Assembly: GCA_033764315.1 (NCBI GenBank)
Contig: JANRJA010000222.1
Coordinates: 1 to 64,000 of the forward strand
Origin: Oculatellaceae cyanobacterium bins.114
GTDB taxonomy: Bacteria; Cyanobacteriota; Cyanobacteriia; Elainellales; Elainellaceae
Direction: 5' to 3'
DNA length: 64,000 bases
Part shown: in pieces, positions 1 to 9,600 of the stretch
How the letters are laid out: each line of letters starts with the position of its first letter
Numbering within the stretch: the first letter of the stretch is position 1
Notes under the pieces: generated by a model
Database searches by the model: none
Told to the model about the DNA's origin: nothing
Seen by the model: only the letters and a program-made list of their open reading frames with translations
Translations under genes and position numbers: made by a program

Positions 1-162
1 GTTTTCTCATCTCCATTGTCCGCCAGCTTGCCTTCCGCACCATTCCTCAAGGAGTGCGTGCCCTCACCAACCAACTCAAACAGGTTTACGCGATCCTTAC
101 CCAAGGCTTTCCTCCACCTAAATGAAACCACCCTGCTTGCCGCTGAAATCAGGTACACCAGC

Positions 163-308
163 AGCCCAGCGAATAAATTCGCGGCTACCAGAGCAAAGTC
201 CGCTTTCGCGGACTACTAAAATCAAAGGTTTACTGAACCGACGCAGGTCGGTTTTGCTCACATAGTAGCGGTTTCAACCGCCAAAATCCTTATCCCGAAC
301 TCAGGTTA
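163..308. repeat. REPIN/SDR-like multi-hairpin dispersed repeat (family A, copy 1)
   Basis: Series of short inverted repeats (gcgaataaattcgc; agtccgc-tttc-gcggact; aaccgac-gcag-gtcggtt; gcggtt-tc-aaccgc). A similar copy lies at about 6070-6183. Confidence 0.75.
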
Positions 309-436
309 CTTAGTACTGCTTTTCACAGATAGGGTTCGGAAATAAAACCAAGGGGGTGTGGGGGCTGCGCCCCCAGCCAAGGGTTTCACCCCTGCACCCC
401 AAATTCCCACCCCTATTTACGACGAGTTGTACTTAG
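309..436. repeat. MITE-like element with GGGGGCTGCGCCCCC core (family E-related)
   Basis: Bounded by cttagtac...gtacttag. The internal ccaagggggtgtgggggctgcgcccccag...cccctgcacccc core resembles 2239-2358 and 48294-48375. Confidence 0.6.
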
Positions 437-604
437 GAACGTGAGGTGGAAAATTGATTTGATAAAAGATTTCGTAAATCGGTAAAAGTATGACGGGCAT
501 TTTGCCCGCGAGCGAGACGCCTGCTCTACAAAGTTGCCGAATTATGTCCTTAACCTCCATAAAGGGGAGATTTGGGGAGATTAAAACCTGCGTTTATTAA
601 AGTA

Positions 605-713
605 ACGCGATGTGCAACTTAGAGATTTAGATCCCGGTTGCTCGTTCAGCATTCTCAAAGTAGTCTGATTGGCGTCACAGCAACCGGGGATCTGGGGAAA
701 GTCGCACATGGGG
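605..713 (+). repeat. MITE-like repeat (family C, copy 1)
   Basis: Ends atgtgcaactt / aagtcgcacat form an imperfect terminal IR, with internal IR agatcccggttgct...agcaaccgggatct. Inverted copy at 52544-52653 and partial copy at 56551-56591. Confidence 0.75.
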
Positions 714-742
714 AAAGTAGCTCTTCGATAAATGACAGCGGT

Positions 743-1030
743 TTATAAATCTCTATCAATCGCAACGCTTATCACCTCAACTGCATGCTCCGCTTCTACC
801 CGCACAAGGTCTGCTTGCCGTTCGGCAGACTGCTTCATTTGGTTTCGCCAAGCGATGATCCCCGGTAGTGCTTCCCAGTTAGGGGCAAAGGGTGGGATCG
901 CCAATGAACAGGACTTCCAGGCACCTTGAACCTCGGCACAGAGTTGTTGACAGTACCCTCCTCGTCGTCCTTCTGCCCGGTAATATTGACAGTGGCGACA
1001 AACTGAAACGCCGAGGTTAGGAGTGTTCAT
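743..1030 (-). CDS. Small Cys-rich hypothetical protein
   Basis: 95-aa ORF with ATG start and motif CRHCQYYRAEGRRGGYC...WKSC, resembling a cyanobacterial conserved hypothetical family. Confidence 0.75.
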   Translation of the reverse strand: MNTPNLGVSVCRHCQYYRAEGRRGGYCQQLCAEVQGAWKSCSLAIPPFAPNWEALPGIIAWRNQMKQSAERQADLVRVEAEHAVEVISVAIDRDL

Positions 1031-1411
1031 GATGAGCAGTTCTAATAAATATCTTTATATCCATTCTCATCTTTGTGATTTTGCCCAAAAAACCATAAAA
1101 AATGACCAAACCTCTTCTCTTAAAGGAGGTTTGGCGATCCCAACGATAAAACAAGTTTCAAGTTGTTTTTATATTTCTCTTAAAAAACGGACACATTAAA
1201 AATACAAATACTATTTTTTCAATACTTTAGGCAGATGTACTGATTTCAATTAAAACAAGATGGGGATCAAGAAGAACCTGAAGCGATCGCTCATCTCCAT
1301 GTGTTTTACTTTTATAAAAAAATAGAGTTTTCTCTACATTTAATTTCAGCAACCTACGCTACATCTCATCCCAAGATTTTTAGATCGTAATATTGCGTTT
1401 AATGAAGTCAA

Positions 1412-1984
1412 TTAGGATTCTTTTCGCTGCCATTGCTTAGTCGCACACAGAGCACAGACCGACCATCGCTTTAACTCTCCAGTTGGGGTTGGGCATTGGC
1501 ACTGAGGACACAGGGGCAAATGATGGGAGCGCGATCGCATCATTTCAGACCACTGTTGAAATACTTCAACTGGGTCAGTCCCCATTCCCGTTTTGGTTGG
1601 CCTCACCTCAGTCAATTCTCCATCAATTCGGCTGGGATGCTCTTGCCAGGTCACTGTGGTGCTATCAGGTTTGTCTTGTTTTGGCGCATCTGAATACCAC
1701 TGAGCTGTTGAAAATCGAATGTCTGTGAACTGGCTGCCTAACTGAGTGTTTAACTTTTCTAAAATGCGGCGACGCTCAAACACTAAATTTTGCGCCCAAG
1801 CAGGGCTAGACGTTGCCACCTGCAACACCTGCCGTTGAATCTTAACAGGACGAGTATGCGCTGCCACAACTGGGCCGACAACCTCAAACCAACACCCCAA
1901 CAGTTTTTGGAACTGTTGTTGAGCTTGCCATGCATCTTGGTTGTCAAAGGAACTAAAGAGTTGATGGAGTGATTTAAAAGACAT
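1412..1984 (-). CDS. DUF721/DciA-family protein with C-terminal Zn ribbon
   Basis: W.EVVG..VA.HTRP..I...VL.VAT.SPAWAQNL motif and C-terminal CPQC...CALC. Start placed at internal ATG 1984 (MSFKSL). Confidence 0.85.
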   Translation of the reverse strand: MSFKSLHQLFSSFDNQDAWQAQQQFQKLLGCWFEVVGPVVAAHTRPVKIQRQVLQVATSSPAWAQNLVFERRRILEKLNTQLGSQFTDIRFSTAQWYSDAPKQDKPDSTTVTWQEHPSRIDGELTEVRPTKTGMGTDPVEVFQQWSEMMRSRSHHLPLCPQCQCPTPTGELKRWSVCALCATKQWQRKES

Positions 1985-2238
1985 GGCTATGAGACTAAGG
2001 GAATCTGCCAGAATTGGCAACCAAAAAACCCCTCTACAAAATCTACAAAAAAAGGAGGGGCGATCGCTCAGAAAATCCTGTTCTCAGCTCCTCCTCCTTT
2101 CAAAACTTAACAAACCTTGCTCAAGCTGTCAGGTGCCTACTGGTTTCAAATGCTCGACTAGGTAAACGATTGAGCAAGAGCGTTGTGGGAAACGCCCTTA
2201 CAAAACCGTTTATCGGGATCTCAACTGGAAAGATACAC

Positions 2239-2358
2239 AGCAACTGTTGAGGTAGTTGATCCAAGAGGGTTTGGGGGCTTTGCCTCCAGTTAGCTTTCGA
2301 CCTGAGCACTCAAGCCGCAGCCCTTGCACCCCGTCCTAACCAACTCTTTCGTTGCTAT
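2239..2358 (+). repeat. MITE-like repeat (family E)
   Basis: agcaac...gttgcta ends; aligns by eye with the reverse complement of 48294-48375 (agttgat...gcaccccgtcct..caactctt). Confidence 0.65.
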
Positions 2359-2362
2359 AGGA

Positions 2363-3031
2363 TTACTCGTTGGCCCAAAGGAATGCATCCCGTTTGGCGT
2401 GAATGCTTTTGACGTGCTTTTTAACCGTGTCAATGGCAATATGCAACTCAGCGGCGATCGCCTTATAAGTGCAATTTGCACGGCGCAATAGCCAGACCTC
2501 TGCTTCTCGCGGAGTTAGGTTATATTTGCGAGCTTCGGCCACGACTACATCCTTAAGCGATTGGCTCCGATCTTCCAACATCACCAATAGATATGGGCGA
2601 TTGGTTTCCTCGACCTCAATCCAACGAGCACGAATCCGAATGATACTGGTCTTGCCGCTCGTGATTTCATCCTCAATAGTGACCACTCGATCAGGAAATT
2701 GCTCCCGACTATCAATCAATGCCTCGCAAATCCGCCAAATTTGTTGAGGCACTTGAGAGGTTGTAGGTTGATCTTGCATAAACTGACGGCAAATTCGCAG
2801 AGCGTAGTTGTTGGCGTTCACTAGTTTACCGTTGTCCGTCAGAATCAAGACTCCATCCATTAAACTCTCCAAAACGCCTAATAAGAGCGTAGTCGATTGA
2901 TTACTTTGAAATGAGAAGGTCGTGTGGGATTGAGTAGCAAGTTGAATCTCAGCTTGCAGCGTAGACAGCGATAGACTCGGTTGTGAAACCGATGCAGGAG
3001 TTTGTTTTGATTTGTTAATGAGTTTGTTCAT
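2363..3031 (-). CDS. LuxR/NarL-type HTH transcriptional regulator with PAS-like N-terminal domain
   Basis: C-terminal LTPREAEVW..RRAN.TYKAIAAELHIAIDTVKKHVKSI is a LuxR HTH. LESLMDGVLIL...ANN resembles a PAS start. No receiver domain. Confidence 0.9.
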   Translation of the reverse strand: MNKLINKSKQTPASVSQPSLSLSTLQAEIQLATQSHTTFSFQSNQSTTLLLGVLESLMDGVLILTDNGKLVNANNYALRICRQFMQDQPTTSQVPQQIWRICEALIDSREQFPDRVVTIEDEITSGKTSIIRIRARWIEVEETNRPYLLVMLEDRSQSLKDVVVAEARKYNLTPREAEVWLLRRANCTYKAIAAELHIAIDTVKKHVKSIHAKRDAFLWANE

Positions 3032-3497
3032 TTTGGGGGCTCGAATGAACTACTAAATCCTCACTACCAAATGCTAAATGCTATAGCTTCAAGGGCTTTC
3101 AAAAGGTTGGATTGGTTTGCATTGGCATTGGTAGTTGAGGATGCTTCTATAGAAATCCACGCAAGTTTGTGTAGCAGTTTGCTTTATGCCACTACATCAA
3201 CTGATCGGAAAATTTCGGTAGTACTATCGCCCTGACGTTGTTGTAGACACCCATTAAACTTGGCGATCGCCTTGATAGGGCGACCATCGCACCAATTCAT
3301 TGAGCAATTCCGGACGAGCATCTAAATATTGATCCACTTCTATAACTGGTTATTGTCATATCGGGTATTAGCACGAATCTTGCATCACCAAATACGGCTC
3401 AACGCGGTTGTAAATATCAATCGGCAAAAGGGCAACCGATTATGCAAACGTATCTGAGTCATGTGGCATCAAACTATTTTGAAGTACACAAACCCTT

Positions 3498-3567
3498 CTA
3501 TAGCAGTCCTAAATCATTTGTGAGATTGGCAGGTGGTGAGAGCACAACCCCTTTGGGATTGCTATAG
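3498..3567. mobile_element. Non-autonomous MITE (family B, copy 1) with TA-flanked terminal IRs
   Basis: ctatagcagtcctaaat...tttgggattgctatag; related copies at 29497-29543 and 49076-49169. Confidence 0.75.
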
Positions 3568-3595
3568 ATTTCCTTTTTCTTTCAGCGCAAACAAG

Positions 3596-3614
3596 AGTAC
3601 CCACCCTGGGTACT
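3596..3614. promoter_or_regulatory. Perfect inverted repeat AGTACCCA-CCC-TGGGTACT, candidate LuxR/NarL-type operator
   Basis: Sits in the divergent intergenic region, about 30 bp upstream of a possible extended -10 (TGC-CATGAT, 3633-3641) for the 3752 gene. Function is inferred. Confidence 0.55.
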
Positions 3615-3751
3615 GTGAGAGAGAAATCCATTTGCCATGATTGCTGTAGTTGACAAGCAACCGACTAGAGCAAATCGAACAAACACTCAAACGTTGCTCT
3701 TCATCGATTTGTTAACTCCACCACTTAGTAACAACTACGAGGATTCATTTC

Positions 3752-4300
3752 ATGGCTGACACAATTACGTCTATGACATCTGCTCCTGCTACACCTGTAG
3801 TCGGTTCTCAAGCTCGCGGTCAAATCTCCGCAACTGAAACTTACTCCAGAGCAGTGTTGGGTCCTGTCTTTTATGAACTACACAACTTGCGTGTTGCAGG
3901 TAGTGCTGGTGTTCCTGCGTTCCCTGACTATGTAGCTCCTAGCCAATCTCCTTACATCGTGATGGAAGACGAAGAGTTCACCATCAGCGTAGATGTGAAG
4001 TACAACAACACCCCGTTGACTCGCTTGTTGCTCTGTTTAGGCATCAAGATGGAAGCTAACTTTGCGGTAGAAGGTATCGGTGCCAAAGCCGCAGAATTGG
4101 ATTTGAGTGAGAGTGTTATCACGGTTAAGGATCAGTTCACCTACACCATCACCTGGAAAGGTACTCCTAAGTACGCCAAGATGACTCCTGGTTTCTATGC
4201 GATCGCTGGTGTTGTGAATGTTGGGCCTGCGGATCACCCTTGCGGTCAATTCCTGTTGGGTTGCGGTTACATCGCTGGTGTCTTCCTGCAAGTTTGCTAG
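3752..4300 (+). CDS. Hypothetical beta-rich protein (182 aa), probably highly expressed
   Basis: GAGGA RBS and ATG start. Frequent GGT/AAC/TAC/ATC/TTC codons and alternating hydrophobic strand patterns. Confidence 0.85.
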   Translation: MADTITSMTSAPATPVVGSQARGQISATETYSRAVLGPVFYELHNLRVAGSAGVPAFPDYVAPSQSPYIVMEDEEFTISVDVKYNNTPLTRLLLCLGIKMEANFAVEGIGAKAAELDLSESVITVKDQFTYTITWKGTPKYAKMTPGFYAIAGVVNVGPADHPCGQFLLGCGYIAGVFLQVC

Positions 4301-4384
4301 GAGTTACGACTCTAGCGTAGCGGTTTAGAGGCTTAGCCCTCCCCTGAAGGCTGGCTCTAAAAACACACTCCAGTAAACCTGATG

Positions 4385-4414
4385 AACTGGTAGGTTCCTT
4401 AACACCTACCAGTT
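4385..4414 (+). terminator. Intergenic stem-loop (terminator or 3' stabiliser)
   Basis: aactggtaggt-8 nt-acctaccagtt, a perfect 11-bp stem with only a short T run. Confidence 0.55.
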
Positions 4415-4477
4415 TCCTCGTCTCAACCGTGAGAGCAATACCGAAGTTAGAGCAATATCAAAGGTGGATCAGTACCG

Positions 4478-5416
4478 ATGACAAAACCATCAACCCGAAA
4501 GGAGCTTAAAAATTTCCCCCGACGGCAACGTAAAAACTCGGCTCAAAAACAAGCGATCGCCCCTGTACAGCCGTCTGATTCTAAAGAGGGGATTGCTCCA
4601 TTAGCTGAACATCGGGATGCCCTGGCTGTATCAAATGCTTTGGTTACGATGCCTGAGACCGCATCAGAACCAGCATTGGAACTAGCGTTGGATGACCCCA
4701 CTCAACTCAACCCAGAGCCACTCACAGAAGGGGCGATCGCTGAAAAAATCAGTGCCCCTTCTTCAGTATCTAGATCAGAATGGCACTCTGCCGCTTCATT
4801 TACAGTTACCGTACAACACCGACTGATTGAAGGCCAGCGTGCCTATCAAACTGTGGTACAACACCTTGACTCTGGTGAAACCGAAACCTGGTCAGAGCTT
4901 AAAACCAGCCAACTGCAAAACTGGATTGAAACGCGTCTGACACCACTTGATGCAGATTCCACACCACCCTCTACGCCACCTGCACCAGAATGGCTCTTTG
5001 AGACCCAAACTCTCAGGGTAAAAGTTAACCAACTTCAGATCACGCAGCCCAGTCAAACAGCTAGCGTGATGGTGATTGATCAAACCCATCAAGCCTTCCT
5101 TAACTCCATTCAGAGTGGACATCCCTTTGCCTTGGGCGTTGCATTTGAGATAGTCGGTTTAGAGAGTGTTCACCCCACTACTCCTTTTACTTATGTGGCA
5201 CAGGTATATGCTCGTCACCGCCACACTGGGTTAACCTTGCCTTTAAGTAGCGTCGAAGTGACTGAGTTAGCAGGACAAGGTCCTTACTATCAAGCATCAT
5301 TTCCTCAGGTGATGTTTGAAGAACCGGGGCTATATCGACTACAAATATTAGTGAGCTTACGCCAGGTAAAAGCTCCATCCGGTTTCTTTGAGATACCCCT
5401 GCTACAGGTGATCTAA
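4478..5416 (+). CDS. Hypothetical protein (312 aa): disordered N-terminus, small middle domain, C-terminal domain resembling the upstream protein
   Basis: Long ORF with ATG. C-terminus PGLYRLQILV...GFFEIPLLQVI parallels PGFYAIAGVV...GYIAGVFLQVC of 3752-4300. Confidence 0.8.
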   Translation: MTKPSTRKELKNFPRRQRKNSAQKQAIAPVQPSDSKEGIAPLAEHRDALAVSNALVTMPETASEPALELALDDPTQLNPEPLTEGAIAEKISAPSSVSRSEWHSAASFTVTVQHRLIEGQRAYQTVVQHLDSGETETWSELKTSQLQNWIETRLTPLDADSTPPSTPPAPEWLFETQTLRVKVNQLQITQPSQTASVMVIDQTHQAFLNSIQSGHPFALGVAFEIVGLESVHPTTPFTYVAQVYARHRHTGLTLPLSSVEVTELAGQGPYYQASFPQVMFEEPGLYRLQILVSLRQVKAPSGFFEIPLLQVI

Positions 5417-5519
5417 ATAAAAACCCGTCTTTATTTAAATTTCCTTTAAGTTTTTCATAATCTCTAACAATAACCGGGTCTTTTAAGGCACTCTATTTCT
5501 AATTCTCATGAACCTGATT

Positions 5520-5556
5520 AGAAGCCAGTAGATGGTTAACCTGTCTGCTGGCTTCT
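5520..5556 (+). terminator. Stem-loop downstream of 4478-5416
   Basis: agaagccag...ctggcttct imperfect hairpin about 100 nt after the stop codon. Confidence 0.45.
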
Positions 5557-5716
5557 CTCAGGACATCTCTAACTCAACGCCAGAAGCCGTCCTTGCTTCA
5601 ATTTCTACCAATTGAAGGAAGGCTTTTGCGTAGGCGTGCATCCTTTTTATAGATGTATTCCCCATCGAGTAAAGATACGTTGAGAAGGTGATGTAGCGTT
5701 GTTAAGAGAAGCTTGT

Positions 5717-6028
5717 ATGAAAGACTCAGTTGGCAGTGCCTATCCGATGCGAGCATTGGTGAGACATAAAGCAAAAGCAAAACTTTTAGAGGGGGTTGAG
5801 CTTCAGGATGACTGCCCTCTAGTAGACGAAGCCCTGCTGCGAGACTTAGCAACGACTCTATTTCAATCTAACCAGGCTCAGGAACTCTATGCTCAGTGCC
5901 ATTCTCGTCAAGAGGCAGATGAGGTTGAAAATCGCTTTGCAGCAGAACTGGTAGACATATATCAACAGATCAAGCGGCAGAAGACTGATCCTCTGGTGCA
6001 GCTATTAAATGAGTTGTACGAACGCTAG
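5717..6028 (+). CDS. Hypothetical helical protein (about 100 aa)
   Basis: Open frame with ATG at 5717 (alternative 5747), amphipathic helical composition, no overlap with larger genes. Confidence 0.65.
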   Translation: MKDSVGSAYPMRALVRHKAKAKLLEGVELQDDCPLVDEALLRDLATTLFQSNQAQELYAQCHSRQEADEVENRFAAELVDIYQQIKRQKTDPLVQLLNELYER

Positions 6029-6069
6029 GTTTTGGGATGGGTTAGTGTCGTGTCACTCATGCTGTAAGA

Positions 6070-6183
6070 GAGCAACCTTTGCGGACTACCTGTCAAAGGT
6101 TTGCTGCCCAACCGACGCAGGTCGGTTTCGTTTGTATAGCTACGGTTTTAACCGCCACAATTTTTATCCTAAACTCCCGTTAG
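6070..6183. repeat. Family A repeat, copy 2 (left-truncated)
   Basis: gcggactac...tcaaaggttt...aaccgacgcaggtcggttt...cggttttaaccgcca...ttatcctaaactc matches 205-308. Confidence 0.75.
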
Positions 6184-6239
6184 ATTAACTTCGTCTCTCG
6201 TTGAGCTTTAATTCTAGTCCTAGCCCTAACCATAAATAA

Positions 6240-6266
6240 GGGCTTTGCATGCAAAGCCCCTACAAC
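6240..6266 (-). repeat. REP-like palindrome between convergent genes
   Basis: Minus strand reads gtaggggctttgcatgcaaagccc, a GTAG-headed palindrome. Confidence 0.5.
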
Positions 6267-6298
6267 AAAATGAGATAACGTGTGTCTAGAATCGGTTG

Positions 6299-8245
6299 CT
6301 AGATGCTTTGAGTCACCAGTTGCTTTTCTGGAAGAGGGGTATATTCTGCAACGATTTTGCGGAACTGTTCTCCTTCAATGGTTTCCTGTTCTAGCAAGAT
6401 GTCTACTAAGCGGTCAACCAAGAGTCGATGTTCGCGAATCATCCGTCGAGCTTCGGAATAACACCGAGTGGCGATCGCTCGTACCTGATGATCGACCTTT
6501 ACCGCAACTTCCTCAGAATATTCTGAGCGGGCCATCCAATCTCGACCTAAAAAGACCTCATTATTGCCGCTTTCCAGGGCAAAGGGGCCAAGGTCAGACA
6601 TGCCATAACGTGTCACCATTTCACGCGCCATATCGGCGACAACCCGGATGTCATTTCCAGCCCCAACCGTAATTTCAGCATCGCCAAACACTTCTTGTTC
6701 AGCGGCGCGTCCACCAAGGGCGATCGTGATCCGATCGAGCAGCCACGAACGGGTATAAAGACCACTATCAATCATCTCTTCGTTAAAGGTTTGCTGAGCA
6801 AACCCACCAACCCCACCAGAGCGAGGAATAATCGTTACTTTGTTGAGGGGGTCAGAATTCTTTAACAGCGTCATCAGCAGAGCATGACCCACTTCATGAT
6901 AAGCAATCAGCCGCTTTTTCTTGCTGTCCATCAGGGGTGCCAACGTCATGCCCGTTGTAACGCGATCGATCGCATCATCCACTTCCAGCATGGTGACTGC
7001 ATCCTTACGGCGACGAGCCGTTAAAATCGCCGCTTCATTTAGCATATTGGCGAGTTCAGCTCCCGAAAAGCCTGGTGTGCGACGGGCGACCGCTTCTAAA
7101 GACACATCTTGAGATAGTTTTTTGTTACGAGCATGGACTTGCAAAATCCCCAAGCGTCCTTTGTAACTAGGCAAATCGACCATCACCTGACGGTCGAACC
7201 GACCAGGACGCAAAAGAGCAGAATCCAAAACATCAGGACGGTTAGTTGCCGCGATGATAATAATTCCTGTGTTGCCTTCAAACCCATCCATCTCAGTCAG
7301 CAACTGGTTTAGGGTTTGCTCTCGCTCATCGTTACCACCCCCGATGCCAGCACCCCGTTGCCGTCCGACTGCATCGATTTCGTCAATGAACACAATACAG
7401 GGAGCATTTTCTTTGGCTTTCTTAAATAGATCGCGAACCCGTGAAGCCCCCACCCCAACAAACATCTCGACAAATTCAGAACCTGAGATGCTAAAGAACG
7501 GAACCCCTGCTTCTCCAGCGATCGCCTTTGCCAACAAGGTTTTTCCAGTACCAGGAGGGCCGATCAACAACACCCCTTTAGGAATCTTGGCTCCAATGGC
7601 AGTAAATTTCTCAGGCTTCTTTAAAAAGGTGACAACCTCTTGCAGTTCTTCCTTGGCTTCTTCAATTCCGGCGACGTCATCAAACATCACACCCGTCTTG
7701 GCTTCCATTTGAAATCGTGCCTTTGACTTGCCGAAATTCATGGCTTGCCCAGAGGCATTGCTCGATCGCCGCAGAATCATCAGCAACCCAAGAATAATCA
7801 GAAATGCTAACAATGCATGGGTAACAAACCAGGCAATAGCACCACTGCTCGCCGAGGGACGGACTCCTAAATCAACATCATTTTGACGGGCAGCTTCAAC
7901 GAGTTCAGGGTTGCGATCTTCGGTAAACAGAGTTACTTCTTGAGGTTGAGCGTTGCGGGGCTGATCCTTGAGGTAAACCTCAGCCACACTGCGAACCGGG
8001 TCAATTTCAATCTTGCTCACCTGACCTGACTCAATGCGGTCTAACAATTCAGTGTAGGTAAGTGAATTGTTACGGGCGGGTGAACTACTAGTTTGTGCCA
8101 CAGCAGGTGCACTGACCAACACCGTTTGCAACATCATCCAGAGGGCGGTTACAGCTCCCATTGCTACAGGGCTGGTCTTGGGCGATCGCGCCGGCTGAGT
8201 CAATGACGCTTGATCCATCGATCCCTCATGAGTAGGTCGCTTCAT
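6299..8245 (-). CDS. ftsH: ATP-dependent zinc metalloprotease FtsH
   Basis: N-terminal TM segments, Walker A GPPGTGKT, Walker B VFIDEID, second region of homology [14 protein letters not shown] zinc motif. Confidence 0.98.
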   Translation of the reverse strand: MKRPTHEGSMDQASLTQPARSPKTSPVAMGAVTALWMMLQTVLVSAPAVAQTSSSPARNNSLTYTELLDRIESGQVSKIEIDPVRSVAEVYLKDQPRNAQPQEVTLFTEDRNPELVEAARQNDVDLGVRPSASSGAIAWFVTHALLAFLIILGLLMILRRSSNASGQAMNFGKSKARFQMEAKTGVMFDDVAGIEEAKEELQEVVTFLKKPEKFTAIGAKIPKGVLLIGPPGTGKTLLAKAIAGEAGVPFFSISGSEFVEMFVGVGASRVRDLFKKAKENAPCIVFIDEIDAVGRQRGAGIGGGNDEREQTLNQLLTEMDGFEGNTGIIIIAATNRPDVLDSALLRPGRFDRQVMVDLPSYKGRLGILQVHARNKKLSQDVSLEAVARRTPGFSGAELANMLNEAAILTARRRKDAVTMLEVDDAIDRVTTGMTLAPLMDSKKKRLIAYHEVGHALLMTLLKNSDPLNKVTIIPRSGGVGGFAQQTFNEEMIDSGLYTRSWLLDRITIALGGRAAEQEVFGDAEITVGAGNDIRVVADMAREMVTRYGMSDLGPFALESGNNEVFLGRDWMARSEYSEEVAVKVDHQVRAIATRCYSEARRMIREHRLLVDRLVDILLEQETIEGEQFRKIVAEYTPLPEKQLVTQSI

Positions 8246-8404
8246 AACTTTAAAATGTCCTTTCCGTTGCCGTCACCTAATGTTGGTCTATAAAAATTGA
8301 GTTGGATGAAGTCCAATCAGCTCTTCATTTAAAGACTGCAATTAAAGCAGTAGAGGATGCCTCTGTCACTAGTGTAACCTTACCTATCCTAACCAGTGCG
8401 TTGA

Positions 8405-9289
8405 TTAATTGGGATTCTTCGTTGGCATGGAATTGAGAATGAGAGCTACCAAAATCAGAACAATGCCAATCCATTCAGTCATGCTAGGAACTTCATTGAG
8501 TTGTATCCAGGCTGCCAACACCCCAACGACTGGAATTGCTAAAGTGCCCAAACTAGCAACCCCAGTGGGCAACTGATTTAAGGCATAGAACCAGAGCAAC
8601 CAAGCGATCGCACTACCTGGAATAATGTTGTAAATCAGGGCCACTATAAAAGAGGGAGTCCAGTGGATCGGGGCAGATGGAACAGCGATCGCCACCAAAA
8701 TCAGCGGAATACTGCCAAAGAGCATCTGCCAAGCGGTAAACGATAGCAAATCAAAGGAAGCCCGCTGGTTGATTTTTTTGAGCACAATGGCACTCATCGC
8801 CCAGCTAATACCCGCTGCAACTGCCAATGCCTCGCTCAGCATGTCTCCTATAAAACTCAGCGGCATTAAGACAAACCCCAAGCCCACCAGAGATAGTGCC
8901 ACACTCAGCCACTGTCGTCCGTGCAATCGCTCTTTTAAGAAAATCCATGCCAGAATCAGGGCCCAAAAAGGCATTGTGTAATTGAGAACAGCCGTTTTGC
9001 CTGCACCACCACTAACTAATGCCCAGGTGACTAACCCGATCACCCCCGTGGTTTGCAACACCCCACACAGCACGGTCAGGGCGATCGCAGTGGGTTTGAT
9101 CGGTTTACGTAACCACAGCATGATGAGAAATAAGCTCAACGCTCCAAAAAACGCCCGAATAGCTGCAAAGTCAAACGGAGCCGCATCTCGAAGTGCTATT
9201 TTCATCACGACCCAGTTGTATCCCCAAATGGCTGCCAAAGCAATGAGGGCAAGAATAGCAACCTGAGAAGAATCGCGTTTGGATGTCAC
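8405..9289 (-). CDS. EamA/DMT family transporter
   Basis: About 10 hydrophobic segments, IWGYNWVVMK start motif, duplicated EamA pattern. Confidence 0.93.
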   Translation of the reverse strand: MTSKRDSSQVAILALIALAAIWGYNWVVMKIALRDAAPFDFAAIRAFFGALSLFLIMLWLRKPIKPTAIALTVLCGVLQTTGVIGLVTWALVSGGAGKTAVLNYTMPFWALILAWIFLKERLHGRQWLSVALSLVGLGFVLMPLSFIGDMLSEALAVAAGISWAMSAIVLKKINQRASFDLLSFTAWQMLFGSIPLILVAIAVPSAPIHWTPSFIVALIYNIIPGSAIAWLLWFYALNQLPTGVASLGTLAIPVVGVLAAWIQLNEVPSMTEWIGIVLILVALILNSMPTKNPN

Positions 9290-9600
9290 TGGAATCTTTA
9301 TATCCTATTAAATGGATCGCCCTACAGACATGTTCCCAGACATCAGTAGACGAATGACATTAGATTGAGCTAGAAATTGGGCTAAAAATTTTTTGGGGAT
9401 TTGGTCTTGCTCAGCCCGATCAAGCCAGTTTGGGCGGTGAGTGGTTTGTCTTGCTCTGGTCGAATGGCAGTCGAAGCGCATTCGTAGGATTCATCTCGTC
9501 CACCGATTGAGCGTGGAGGGTGCACTACAGCGTGATGCAGACACCCTACCCGGAATATCGGCTTTTTACATCGCCAAGTGAGTCATCACCTGCGATCGCG

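Noticed and set aside
16-219. 67-aa plus-strand ORF
   Set aside because: Its 3' part runs through the family A repeat and it has no recognisable motif. Bases 1-160 may belong to a feature outside the window.
2014-2481. Short ORFs 2014-2250, 2121-2309 and 2290-2481
   Set aside because: They overlap the family E repeat or the LuxR gene and show no protein-like motifs.
3596-3614. Possible cyanobacterial LexA box (AGTAC...GTACT)
   Set aside because: The half-sites are 9 nt apart rather than 4, so it was kept only as a LuxR-type candidate.
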